A stretch of DNA of 64,000 nucleotides, from the sequence record NC_048053.1; one strand, 5' to 3'. Numbering within the stretch: position 1 is the first letter of the stretch; the number at the start of each line of letters is the position of its first letter. The notes below the pieces were generated by a model, which was given only the letters and a program-made list of their open reading frames with translations, was not told the DNA's origin and searched no databases. The translations under genes and the position numbers were made by a program. Below are positions 18,739 through 27,695 of this stretch, piece after piece.

Positions 18739-19052
18739 ATAGTTTCAATGATTATCTCGTTGCACTTACCTGTCTGATTGCCGCAATAACGGTGATTAAT
18801 ATAATCAATCCAGAAGTGCGCTACGGCTTGTTGCGTTTCTTTACTGGGGATTCTACTGACGCAATCCAGAAAGATTTTTGGGATCATGCCTTGAATGTCC
18901 CTATAGGAATGCGCTGGGGCGCACTCTGTGAACAGGTTGAGGAAGGAAGGCTTTCTTTCCCGGTAAAAATCAATCCTATCTACATTGATAAAAATCTTGA
19001 ATCCGTTCCTCAAGAAGTTGTTGATAGGATTAACGCGAGAAAGCTGCAATAA
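18735..19052 (+). CDS. membrane-anchored hypothetical protein
   Basis: N-terminal hydrophobic helix YLVALTCLIAAITVINII. Confidence 0.65.
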   Translation: MNSFNDYLVALTCLIAAITVINIINPEVRYGLLRFFTGDSTDAIQKDFWDHALNVPIGMRWGALCEQVEEGRLSFPVKINPIYIDKNLESVPQEVVDRINARKLQ

Positions 19053-19166
19053 AGAAACAAAGCGTATTCCTGTGATGCACTGACTGCGCAGAAGATCCTG
19101 AACAAAGAAAGATTGATTAAAACTGCGCAGGTTTCGGCCTGCGTAAAACTGAAATGGAGATTTGTT

Positions 19167-19838
19167 ATGATTCCTGCTACTCGCGTACCAACAACCGAAG
19201 GCAAATTCTTTAACATCGACAATCGCTGGCAAGAGCGCTATATTTTCGTTCTGCCAGTTAAAATTCTCAAGGAAGGTTCTGAGCCTAAACCTATCTTTAT
19301 TTTAGTGCAAGCCGACAAAGATACGCCCCGCGCAATTCATGAATATGTGTTTCCTTCTTTGCATGTTCATTATTCTGATGAAGGAATTGCAAGTATCGAA
19401 GCTGTCCGTTTGGCGGTTCGTGCTCGTCTGTTTTTCCCGTTACCTTATGTAACCAGTCCTTTTGCATACATGGGTATGCTTCCGGATGTACGCGCAGCAA
19501 GAGAAGGAGAACATTTTCTTGTTCCTTTTCTGTGTGAACAGGATGGATTATTTTCTCATAAAAATGCAGCGCGTCCGGCAATTAAGGTTTTAGCGGATTC
19601 AAACACACGTCTGTATTCGCCGGAAGTTGATCGTTTCTACTCTGAGACTCTTCCTTTATGGGAAGATCCTGTCGATAGTTCGTGGACGGATATCTGTAAA
19701 TCTATTTCTGAGGGACGCATTGAATTAGATTTCAATTGTCCTGTTCCTTCCGAATTTCTGCAAATGGAAAGCGATATAATTCCGCAAGAACTTGTCCACC
19801 ACGTTTTAACTGAGCGCCGGAAAAGGAACATGTTATGA
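19167..19838 (+). CDS. hypothetical protein
   Basis: ggag RBS before ATG 19167. Confidence 0.7.
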   Translation: MIPATRVPTTEGKFFNIDNRWQERYIFVLPVKILKEGSEPKPIFILVQADKDTPRAIHEYVFPSLHVHYSDEGIASIEAVRLAVRARLFFPLPYVTSPFAYMGMLPDVRAAREGEHFLVPFLCEQDGLFSHKNAARPAIKVLADSNTRLYSPEVDRFYSETLPLWEDPVDSSWTDICKSISEGRIELDFNCPVPSEFLQMESDIIPQELVHHVLTERRKRNML

Positions 19839-20053
19839 ATCCATTACATGCCAGTCAAACCGCGTTCTACGTTCTTGGTTCAATCACGCTGCTGGCGCAT
19901 CTTTTCTCTCTTGTGTATCGGTATATGAAGATTGTTGAAATGCGTCAGAAGCGTCGTGCAAAAATTGCAAAACAGAAAACGCCTCTTGATAAACTTCGCT
20001 CTCGCTTGAAGCAGGCGAAACGTGAGGCGTACTATCGACCGAAGAAACTCTAA
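19835..20053 (+). CDS. small membrane protein with basic tail
   Basis: one TM helix then K/R-rich tail. Confidence 0.65.
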   Translation: MNPLHASQTAFYVLGSITLLAHLFSLVYRYMKIVEMRQKRRAKIAKQKTPLDKLRSRLKQAKREAYYRPKKL

Positions 20054-20062
20054 GGATAAATA

Positions 20063-20269
20063 ATGAGAACAAGTTTGTCTGTTGCGATCATGGCGATTCT
20101 AGCTGATCACCTTAACGTCAAAGTAGTGTGTCCACAAAGCGATGAAGAAGCGACGTGCGGTTGGTTCGAGCGTGAGGATAATAAAAGACCTGCACCACAC
20201 TGGCAGACGCGAGCGCAATACAAGAAACTTGTCTTACCTAAGAGGTCACGTAAATCTAAACGGAGATAA
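20063..20269 (+). CDS. hypothetical protein
   Basis: aagga RBS. Confidence 0.65.
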   Translation: MRTSLSVAIMAILADHLNVKVVCPQSDEEATCGWFEREDNKRPAPHWQTRAQYKKLVLPKRSRKSKRR

Positions 20270-20271
20270 CC

Positions 20272-20478
20272 ATGAAACAGTACGGAGAAAAAATTCTCGG
20301 ATTACTTTGGTTTTTCGCTGCTCTTGCTGCTGGATTATTTTTTATTTTCTGGCTGAAAGAAAATCCCCCTGTTCGCACCGCTCGCTATGTTGCGATCTGT
20401 GTAGGCTTTATCGCGCTCTTGGTTATGACAAGCCAGCGCTCTTATTTCTATTTCAGAAAAGAGAGAAATCGCAGATGA
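20272..20478 (+). CDS. small two-TM membrane protein
   Basis: ggag RBS; two hydrophobic segments. Confidence 0.7.
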   Translation: MKQYGEKILGLLWFFAALAAGLFFIFWLKENPPVRTARYVAICVGFIALLVMTSQRSYFYFRKERNRR

Positions 20479-20975
20479 ATACTTTGGCAACTCTGCTTTC
20501 AAGCATGGCTGAAATTGTCGCTAATCATGAAACCATGAGCGAAGATGAAGCACGCAATTTGTATTTCCGCCGCATTGCAAATGTGCGTGCCAAACTGTCT
20601 CGCAATTTAGATAGCACTTGGGATGATGACTCGCGTTCCTTGTTCGAGAGTTTGGAATCTGCTCGCACTCTTTCTGAGAACATAAAAGATTTTATCGCGT
20701 ATCGAATCATTTTCTTTTGCGAAAAACGATTCAAAGATTTTGATTGGTCTTCAATGTCTGTAAGAGATCTACAGGCATGGGGTTTTGTTCCCGCTGGCTT
20801 TACGCAGAACTCAAACTTTCCTATGCTGCGCATTCCTCTCTATCTGGTTCCTGTTTTTCCAAAAGGCGTTGTGGTCATGAAAGAATCTATGGACGTTGGT
20901 TATCCGTGGACAGGCCGCGAGGACTTCACTTATTCAAACGGCACCATTGATTATCGTCTGGTGTTAAGGAATTAA
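20475..20975 (+). CDS. hypothetical protein
   Basis: ATGA overlap with previous stop. Confidence 0.7.
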   Translation: MNTLATLLSSMAEIVANHETMSEDEARNLYFRRIANVRAKLSRNLDSTWDDDSRSLFESLESARTLSENIKDFIAYRIIFFCEKRFKDFDWSSMSVRDLQAWGFVPAGFTQNSNFPMLRIPLYLVPVFPKGVVVMKESMDVGYPWTGREDFTYSNGTIDYRLVLRN

Positions 20976-20976
20976 A

Positions 20977-21693
20977 ATGGCAAACCTTCTTAAACAGTGT
21001 GAACGAAAATTTATCTTTGCAGCCAACGCGGAATCCATGTCTGCAATGAGCTACACGATCCATACTGCTGAAAAATTGGATTGTGGTAAGAAAGAAATTT
21101 ACGTTGGCCTGCATTTCCAGCACGAAACAAAAGTGACTATTCATAACGAGGCCGCAATTCCTTTGAATGGTTTCGTTCGCAAACTGCGACTTCTGCATAC
21201 CAAACTGATTGAGATTGTTGACGCAATGCGCGATGAGAAGCCCGTTTGTTTCCGCGTGTGGCTCGATCAGGATGTGAAATATTTCACATCCTCTATTTGT
21301 GCAATGATTGGAGATAATGGATACGGTTTTGTTGAATTGTCTTCTTGCACAAAGACAATTCGTTTCAATCTGGACGAGCACGAAGAAATGCGTATCGGCT
21401 TTATCAACATGGCACTCTTCATTGCTGATCTTATCGGATTGTTGCAGACTCGCTACAGTAAATATTTTATTGACGTAGAAAAACTGCGTAAAAGTATTCC
21501 TAGATTGAAGCGTGTTTTCGCCGAACATGTTTCTGTCTATAACGTGAAAACCAAAGATGAATTCGAAAAAGCACTGGAGAAATTCATCTTAAAAGAATCG
21601 CGCGGCGACAATGATGCTACTTCTCTTCTGTACGAAGAGTTGGAACAGTACGCCGAAGAACTTCGAATTGAAAACGAAAATTGGGAACTCTGA
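20977..21693 (+). CDS. hypothetical protein
   Basis: aagga RBS. Confidence 0.75.
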   Translation: MANLLKQCERKFIFAANAESMSAMSYTIHTAEKLDCGKKEIYVGLHFQHETKVTIHNEAAIPLNGFVRKLRLLHTKLIEIVDAMRDEKPVCFRVWLDQDVKYFTSSICAMIGDNGYGFVELSSCTKTIRFNLDEHEEMRIGFINMALFIADLIGLLQTRYSKYFIDVEKLRKSIPRLKRVFAEHVSVYNVKTKDEFEKALEKFILKESRGDNDATSLLYEELEQYAEELRIENENWEL

Positions 21694-21935
21694 TGGACAG
21701 ACACTGCCGTGCTTTTGATCTAATCGTTCAGGAACTCAAGCGGGAATTACGCAGTGAAAATATTTCCCCTGAGAAGTTCGCTCGTATCGAAAAAGCTCTT
21801 ACTGACCTGCGCGATCTGCATATCTATCAGGCGGTAGAGTCTGGACTTGATCATAAAAATATCGCGCTTGGTTACAGCATGAGTACAGGGCGCGTTACTC
21901 AAACTCACAATTCAATGAAAAGGAAGTTCCCTTGA
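21693..21935 (+). CDS. small helix-turn-helix protein, Mu Mor/C-like candidate
   Basis: LRDLHIYQAVESGLDHKNIALGYSMSTGRVTQ resembles the Mor C-terminal HTH as recalled (RDLRIW..G..SELTTRYGVT..TVY). Confidence 0.45.
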   Translation: MDRHCRAFDLIVQELKRELRSENISPEKFARIEKALTDLRDLHIYQAVESGLDHKNIALGYSMSTGRVTQTHNSMKRKFP

Positions 21936-22393
21936 ACACTTTTCTAATGTTACCTACTGAACATAATCTGGCTTACGCTTTTGGACACAAACAATTCAAT
22001 AAGACAGATTCTGATTTAAATTTCTGGCGAGCGCATTTTAGTTCGCCTCGACTTATGGATGTTCGTTCCCATAAAAGTTTAGGCGCTCCGCAAGTTGGTT
22101 ATTCTTTTATGAGCGATCATTCTATGCTCTGCGATAACCGATTTAAAACTGAGGCCATCACATATACAAATATGATGTGGCACAATTCGCTTGATAGTTT
22201 TCGCACTGATGATCCGAACTACCCTTATGTTGTTCAGATCTGGAGTGTGGAACCTAAAGAAATGTCTGAGCGGTTTTTAGCTGCTGCTGTTATTCTTTCC
22301 TTCACGGATTATGATCTCTCTGATCCGCGCACTGGAATTGCTGTCAATGAAATGGCATTGAAGTTTGACCTGCCTTTAAAACCTTTGGAGTGA
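21932..22393 (+). CDS. hypothetical protein
   Basis: TTG start overlapping previous stop, aagga RBS. Confidence 0.65.
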   Translation: MNTFLMLPTEHNLAYAFGHKQFNKTDSDLNFWRAHFSSPRLMDVRSHKSLGAPQVGYSFMSDHSMLCDNRFKTEAITYTNMMWHNSLDSFRTDDPNYPYVVQIWSVEPKEMSERFLAAAVILSFTDYDLSDPRTGIAVNEMALKFDLPLKPLE

Positions 22394-23016
22394 TTATGTC
22401 TCATCTGTTCACGCTGACGCACCGTAGACAAAAACAGAAACCATCGAATCACGAACATTACCACGGCGATTTCTGTGAGAAACAGTATCTGATTGGAATG
22501 CGTCTCTCTGCTTATGCAAAAGAACTGCGCAAACAGATCAAGTTTAAACGCAACTCTATCGAAACGCTGCGTAGGCATCTTTGCAAAAGCGATAATCACG
22601 AACTTTATTGGAAAGAAGTTCGTGACGCCAAAAACAATCCTGTAACTCTTTCTGAGTTACGGGCTGAATTAGCGAAGACGGAAGCAATGCTCCGCACGGT
22701 TAAAGTTAACTATGAACTTGCCTTCATGGTTTCTCGGTCATTTGACCGCACGCATATTAAGAATAGAATCGTGTGGGAATCTCATCGCCTCGGAAAGAAA
22801 GTTTTCGATGCTGAGTTTCAAACAGATTTGATAATCGGAATTGCAAGCGCTAAAGATTCAGAAATCTCTGCGGTTCAAACCAAAATTCTGAAAGGTCGTG
22901 AAGTTCACTGTTCGAGTGGCGCATTCTTTTCGCTGCCTCCAGAAAATGAATTCGGAAAGCATTTGCAGTTTCCCGTAACTCACACAATTCGCATGACAGC
23001 TAAAGGTGAAAAATGA
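22390..23016 (+). CDS. hypothetical protein with coiled coil
   Basis: ggag RBS; start 22390 or 22396. Confidence 0.7.
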   Translation: MIMSHLFTLTHRRQKQKPSNHEHYHGDFCEKQYLIGMRLSAYAKELRKQIKFKRNSIETLRRHLCKSDNHELYWKEVRDAKNNPVTLSELRAELAKTEAMLRTVKVNYELAFMVSRSFDRTHIKNRIVWESHRLGKKVFDAEFQTDLIIGIASAKDSEISAVQTKILKGREVHCSSGAFFSLPPENEFGKHLQFPVTHTIRMTAKGEK

Positions 23017-23555
23017 AAGGCAGAAGTGTTGGCGTAACTTTAACTTATTTTCTTCGACACAATCCTGCGCAGATCGGATTGGAAATGGATTCGCAAGGTT
23101 GGGTCGATGCTCGCGATTTGGTGAACAAGTGCGATAAGCTGATTGATATGGATCAGCTAATCTCTATTGTGAAAAATGACGAGAAACGTCGCTTCGAATT
23201 TACAGACGATTTTAAAAAGATTCGTTGCGCACAAGGTCACTCGCTCGACTTCGTGAAAATTGATTATGAGTCTTTAGTGCCTCCGGATATTCTTTATCAC
23301 GGAACCAACATCAATAACGTTAACGATATTCTGATTAACGGCGTGCGCAGTATGAATCGAAATCTGGTTCATCTTTCTCACGATTGGGTAACGGCTGAAA
23401 ATGTCGGTTCGCGGAAGAAAGCTGTTTGCCGTGTTCTCTACATTAATGCGCGTGCGATGCACGATGCTGGCTATAAGCTGTATCGCTCAAACAACGGCGT
23501 ATGGCTAACGGATTTCGTGCCGCCTGAGTTTATCCGGGCAGACAAACCCGCGTAA
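23013..23555 (+). CDS. kptA: RNA 2'-phosphotransferase (Tpt1/KptA)
   Basis: LTYFLRH, GWV, KRRF, IRCAQGHS, LYHGT, RNLVHLS motifs. Confidence 0.92.
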   Translation: MKGRSVGVTLTYFLRHNPAQIGLEMDSQGWVDARDLVNKCDKLIDMDQLISIVKNDEKRRFEFTDDFKKIRCAQGHSLDFVKIDYESLVPPDILYHGTNINNVNDILINGVRSMNRNLVHLSHDWVTAENVGSRKKAVCRVLYINARAMHDAGYKLYRSNNGVWLTDFVPPEFIRADKPA

Positions 23556-23612
23556 CTCCGCAAATCCTTGTCCAAAAATCCGCTGTCTTTCCCTAAGCCT
23601 TTCCTGTATTCT
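23555..23612 (+). promoter_or_regulatory. class-A phage promoter P3 (-10 TATTCT)
   Basis: ACTCCGCAAA-tcct-TGTCCAAAA; 38-nt spacing. Confidence 0.78.
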
Positions 23613-23659
23613 ATAGGGGAAGGCTTTTCTCATTTAAACCCCAAATTAAAGGATTACTT

Positions 23660-24490
23660 ATGAAACCGTTAACTACTCCTGCTGAACTTCCCTCTTTCAT
23701 GAAAGAGGCGTTTGACGAACTGACAGATGCTGTCGGAACCGTAGTCGAAAAACACGGCCTGACCAATGACGAATTGATCGTTTATTTCGGAACTGGTTTT
23801 GCTCGTCTGATTGCGGATAACGGTCAAACCGAACACACCGTTATCATGAATACAACTTTGCCCGTTCGTGTTGGTCTTTTGGATGCCCACGAAGATTCCA
23901 TTGAAAGAATGGATATGGTTGATCGTGTTGACGATGAAACAATCGCTATCGCAACAAGCAAACTTACGGCGCAGGTTTTCTCAAAACCGGAAATTGCACG
24001 TAACTGGTTAAAGTTTTATCTCTGCACAAATAAAGACGAAGCGTTTCCGAAAAAACCGAACAAAACCGTAGCGCTTCCGACCGATGTTATTGTGCGTTTA
24101 CTTTCTGTCGATGCGATTGATATTGAATCTGTCGATATGGCAGTTATGCGTGATTTGCTTGTTGATGTTCTTCCGGATCGCAAAGAAGAATTTCCTCGCA
24201 TGAATCGTATGATGCTTACTGAGGAACTCGTTGAATATCTCAACGGCGTTAAACAGCCTCTGTGTGAGCCGCTGAATTTCCATTCTATTGCTCGCACGAT
24301 TGCGTCTGCGCTCAACATCACTATTAGCTGTGGTCGTGATACGGATCAGTATGATGTGCCTAAACCTGAAATGGTTTATGTGTTATCGAAACTTCTTCCG
24401 TTCCGTGCTGAACAGCTTACGCACCTGAGCGAAGAACAGTTGAAACGCCTTGTGCGCAATATTGCGATGAGCAATAGAAATAAAGATTAA
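23660..24490 (+). CDS. hypothetical protein with HeH-like modules
   Basis: IESVDMAVMRDLLVDVL..MNRMMLTEELVE; LSEEQLKRLV. Confidence 0.7.
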   Translation: MKPLTTPAELPSFMKEAFDELTDAVGTVVEKHGLTNDELIVYFGTGFARLIADNGQTEHTVIMNTTLPVRVGLLDAHEDSIERMDMVDRVDDETIAIATSKLTAQVFSKPEIARNWLKFYLCTNKDEAFPKKPNKTVALPTDVIVRLLSVDAIDIESVDMAVMRDLLVDVLPDRKEEFPRMNRMMLTEELVEYLNGVKQPLCEPLNFHSIARTIASALNITISCGRDTDQYDVPKPEMVYVLSKLLPFRAEQLTHLSEEQLKRLVRNIAMSNRNKD

Positions 24491-24531
24491 ACAATCTGCA
24501 CGATTCCTCTTGTCCAATGTAAGGAGAAATA

Positions 24532-24789
24532 ATGGCTGTAGGTTTTACAAAAGATGATGGTGTACACGACACTATCGAAAGCAACACTCAAAATGAAATT
24601 GATTTTGCTCGCGCTCAACTTATGGGCGCTGGAAGCAAACATTGTTTGGAGTGTGGGCAAGAAATTCCAGAAGCACGCCGCAAAGTAATGCCTAACGCAA
24701 AATATTGCGTAGCCCATCAAGCGGAGCATGACGGTTCTTCTTACTCGTATTACAATCGTCGTGGAAGCAAAGATTCTCAACTGAGGTGA
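24532..24789 (+). CDS. ybiI: DksA/TraR C4-type zinc-finger protein (YbiI-like)
   Basis: CLECGQEIPEARRK...YCVAHQ; C-terminal YNRRGSKDSQLR as in enterobacterial YbiI. Confidence 0.85.
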   Translation: MAVGFTKDDGVHDTIESNTQNEIDFARAQLMGAGSKHCLECGQEIPEARRKVMPNAKYCVAHQAEHDGSSYSYYNRRGSKDSQLR

Positions 24790-24791
24790 TT

Positions 24792-24929
24792 ATGTCTGAT
24801 CAAGAACAGCCGTATTCTCGCTGCACTGATTGCGGGGAAGATATTGAAGAAGGTGAAGTGTATGGCGAGTGGGATGATTTGTGCGAGTCCTGCTACTATC
24901 AACGCGAACGAGAAGGAAGGGGATCATAA
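24792..24929 (+). CDS. 45-aa acidic CxxC...CxxC zinc-finger protein (absent from ORF track)
   Basis: gaggtg RBS; MSDQEQPYSRCTDCGEDIEEGEVYGEWDDLCESCYYQREREGRGS; TAATG-coupled to next gene. Confidence 0.7.
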   Translation: MSDQEQPYSRCTDCGEDIEEGEVYGEWDDLCESCYYQREREGRGS

Positions 24930-25351
24930 TGTACCATCGAGTAATTGAACAGCCTGAGCCTGTTTCGCCAAAGCAGTTTCAAGACCTGAAAACGGAACAG
25001 AAGAAAGAACAAGAAACTTTTATTCGCAGAGCAATCAAGCGTGCTAATACTTGTCTGCTTGAAATTGCAGGCGGTGAAACTCCTTCGCCTTACTATGGTC
25101 GCGATAAAAACTATCCAAAAGAAATGGCAGAATATGCCGAATGGTTAGAAAGCGACTACGCACAAAAAGAATTCGATTTGGTTCCCGGCTTAATTCATCT
25201 TGAGTTATGCCACCTTGACTGTATCGATCCTCCCAAAGTTTACGCCGAACTGCGCCAGCGTTTCATCGATGCAGGTTGGGGCGAAAGCACACGGGTGCAT
25301 AAACGTGCTGGCCCTGAAAACATGGTATGGGTTAGTTTGGACGAAATCTAA
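24929..25351 (+). CDS. hypothetical protein
   Basis: coupled start. Confidence 0.7.
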   Translation: MYHRVIEQPEPVSPKQFQDLKTEQKKEQETFIRRAIKRANTCLLEIAGGETPSPYYGRDKNYPKEMAEYAEWLESDYAQKEFDLVPGLIHLELCHLDCIDPPKVYAELRQRFIDAGWGESTRVHKRAGPENMVWVSLDEI

Positions 25352-25368
25352 TTGTAGGAATTAGAATA

Positions 25369-25779
25369 ATGGCAGACAAGATTATTGTTACAGCCCGCGA
25401 ACTTAAAATTCTCGGCAGTCAGTACACTATCCTTTTTATGAAGGATGGAATCTATATCGACGTAGAAAAATTCTGGAAAGAAAACTGCAATATGCGCAGT
25501 GATCTTTTCCCGCCGCCTGAATATCAGATTGGCCTTTTAGCTGCTTTCGGTGATGCGATTCAGGAAATTCATATTTGCCCGCTTGAAAAACTTCACTCCG
25601 CTTTGGCATCTATTCCCGGCGGTCATCACGGTTGGCGTGACTACATTTCAAATTCAAAACTTGATCGCATGTTAAATATAGTCGATTCAATTTCCGATCT
25701 GGAATGTTTTGGAACAACGGGAACTCTTTATCTGAACTCGGATACAGTCAATAGCGGTTGGGAATACGGATATCTGTAA
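25369..25779 (+). CDS. hypothetical protein
   Basis: agga RBS. Confidence 0.7.
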   Translation: MADKIIVTARELKILGSQYTILFMKDGIYIDVEKFWKENCNMRSDLFPPPEYQIGLLAAFGDAIQEIHICPLEKLHSALASIPGGHHGWRDYISNSKLDRMLNIVDSISDLECFGTTGTLYLNSDTVNSGWEYGYL

Positions 25780-25782
25780 ATA
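25774..25782 (+). promoter_or_regulatory. CTGTAAATA boundary motif
   Basis: exact copy overlapping stop, upstream of uvsE. Confidence 0.5.
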
Positions 25783-25812
25783 GTTATAGAACGTTTTATT
25801 CTGAGGTAGTAA

Positions 25813-26775
25813 ATGCGCGTAGGGTTCGCTTGTAAATATATGGGGAAAGATGGCAAACAACCTTTCCCGTCTCGCACCGTCACGGCTTCTCGTTTATCGC
25901 TTTTGCAGCGCGACGAGCAAATCGAAAAACTGATTGAGATTGGCTTACACAACATTCGTTCCGTTCATGCAATGGCGCGTATGTTAGCGATCCGTTCAGA
26001 AACAAAACGCATGATGCGAATCACAAGCGAACTCCTACCGCTTTTCACTCACAAAGATTTCAGTGCTATTAGTCGCAAGTATGTTTTGCCTGTGATTGAA
26101 AAGCCATTGCGTGAGTTGGGGGATTTTGCTCGACTGCATCGCATTAGACTTTCATTCCATCCGGGTCAGTTTACCGTGCTTGCTAGTGATAGGCCGGAAG
26201 TCGTGGAAAACTCCATTCGCGATCTTGAGTATCACACGTTGATTGCTTCGCTTATGGGTTACGGCAGAAAATTTCAAGATTTCAAAATCAACATTCATCT
26301 AAGCGGCAAACTTGGCGCAGACGGATTCAGAAAGAACTTTAAAAAACTTTCTCCTGAGTGTCGTCGTATGTTGACTGTTGAGAATGACGAACTAACAAGC
26401 CGCGTTGAAGATTGTTTGACTCTATCCGATCTTTGCCCGGTGGTTTTAGATATTCATCATCATTGGGTCATGACGAATGAATACATTCAACCAGATGATC
26501 CGCGTGTGCAACTTGTTGTAGAGAGTTGGCGCGGTGTTCGTCCGACAATGCACTATTCTATTTCACGTCCTGAATTCGTTCCTTCTGATGTGTTTCCGGA
26601 TCAGAACAAACTATCTGTTCCGAAAACCAAGTTGCGTGCGCATTCAGATTATTTCCACAATCAACTTGTAAACGCTTGGGCGCTGTCTTTTGATGAGTTT
26701 GATATCATGTGCGAATCAAAAGCTAAAAACCTAGCGGTAGCTGATTTGTTGCAGAGGCAAAAAGTATGTCCTTAA
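25813..26775 (+). CDS. uvsE: UV damage endonuclease (UvsE/UVDE)
   Basis: MRVGFACK, RLSFHPGQFTVLAS, INIH, LTVENDE, VLDIHHH, HYS, AHSDY, IMCESKAKNLA. Confidence 0.93.
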   Translation: MRVGFACKYMGKDGKQPFPSRTVTASRLSLLQRDEQIEKLIEIGLHNIRSVHAMARMLAIRSETKRMMRITSELLPLFTHKDFSAISRKYVLPVIEKPLRELGDFARLHRIRLSFHPGQFTVLASDRPEVVENSIRDLEYHTLIASLMGYGRKFQDFKINIHLSGKLGADGFRKNFKKLSPECRRMLTVENDELTSRVEDCLTLSDLCPVVLDIHHHWVMTNEYIQPDDPRVQLVVESWRGVRPTMHYSISRPEFVPSDVFPDQNKLSVPKTKLRAHSDYFHNQLVNAWALSFDEFDIMCESKAKNLAVADLLQRQKVCP

Positions 26776-26867
26776 AAAGTTTTATTCGTTCTGTTCGTTT
26801 TCGTTTCAACAACTGGCGTATGCGTCGCCTGCATAAGCAGTGCGATAAGCTAATGACTAAAAAGTGA
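26766..26867 (+). CDS. 33-aa basic peptide (absent from ORF track)
   Basis: gagg RBS; MSLKSFIRSVRFRFNNWRMRRLHKQCDKLMTKK; stop overlaps next GTG. Confidence 0.45.
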   Translation: MSLKSFIRSVRFRFNNWRMRRLHKQCDKLMTKK

Positions 26868-27688
26868 GGCTTACCGTGAAAAACTATGCGACTCTTTCTG
26901 AGTTAGTATCTGGCGTTCGATTCGCTCTTGTGGTTGAACGTATGAACGTCACCGAAATCAATCCGGACTTTGCTAACGAGCTGGAAAAAGCAGAGGCCAG
27001 CGCCCATCCAAAAGAATTGCAGAACTACGCTATTGCTGCTCTGAAAAACTGTAAATTTTCAGTAACCAAAACTGTTCTGAATCAGGTTAGCAGTATGGCG
27101 GCAGAACATCCGTTGTTTGATCGTCCGTTTGAAATCATTTCAGACGAAGATATTAAACAGTTTCTTGTTTCTCTCCCTACAGAGAAATTGGTTACTGCGT
27201 GCCGTGCATGTAACGTTCTGGTAGATCATGGACACCTTCGCGATAGCGCGGAAGAGTTAGCGCGACTCTCTTCGATTCGTCTGCTTACTTTCATGCCGTC
27301 TGCTGAGTTGTCCGAAGTAGAATCTTTAAATCGAATGGAACTCTTCGCGTTCGCCGTAGAGCATTTTGTTTGGGTTCGTCACATTCAGAAGATCGACGAT
27401 TTTTTGAAAACGGCGTTGAGTGAGAGACAGCGCGATGACCTTATGGCGAGTATCGGCGTTGATATTACCGATGAGGATTATGAGGCAGATATTGAAGAAA
27501 ATATTTCTGCTGAATTTGTCGCGACCGGACTCGAAGTATTACAGAATGATGCTGATTGGGTTGACTGGTCTGGATGGACTCCAGAAGATCCGACGCTCGA
27601 TGTTTTCGAAGCATTGAAATTCGCGTATGAAAAACTTACGCCTGAAACAGCAAAGGCAGCGCGTGACGCATTAAAGGATATCAACTAA
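26864..27688 (+). CDS. acidic hypothetical protein with HeH-like helices
   Basis: LVSLPTEKLVTACR; VESLNRMELFAFA. Confidence 0.72.
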   Translation: MRLTVKNYATLSELVSGVRFALVVERMNVTEINPDFANELEKAEASAHPKELQNYAIAALKNCKFSVTKTVLNQVSSMAAEHPLFDRPFEIISDEDIKQFLVSLPTEKLVTACRACNVLVDHGHLRDSAEELARLSSIRLLTFMPSAELSEVESLNRMELFAFAVEHFVWVRHIQKIDDFLKTALSERQRDDLMASIGVDITDEDYEADIEENISAEFVATGLEVLQNDADWVDWSGWTPEDPTLDVFEALKFAYEKLTPETAKAARDALKDIN

Positions 27689-27695
27689 GGCAACT

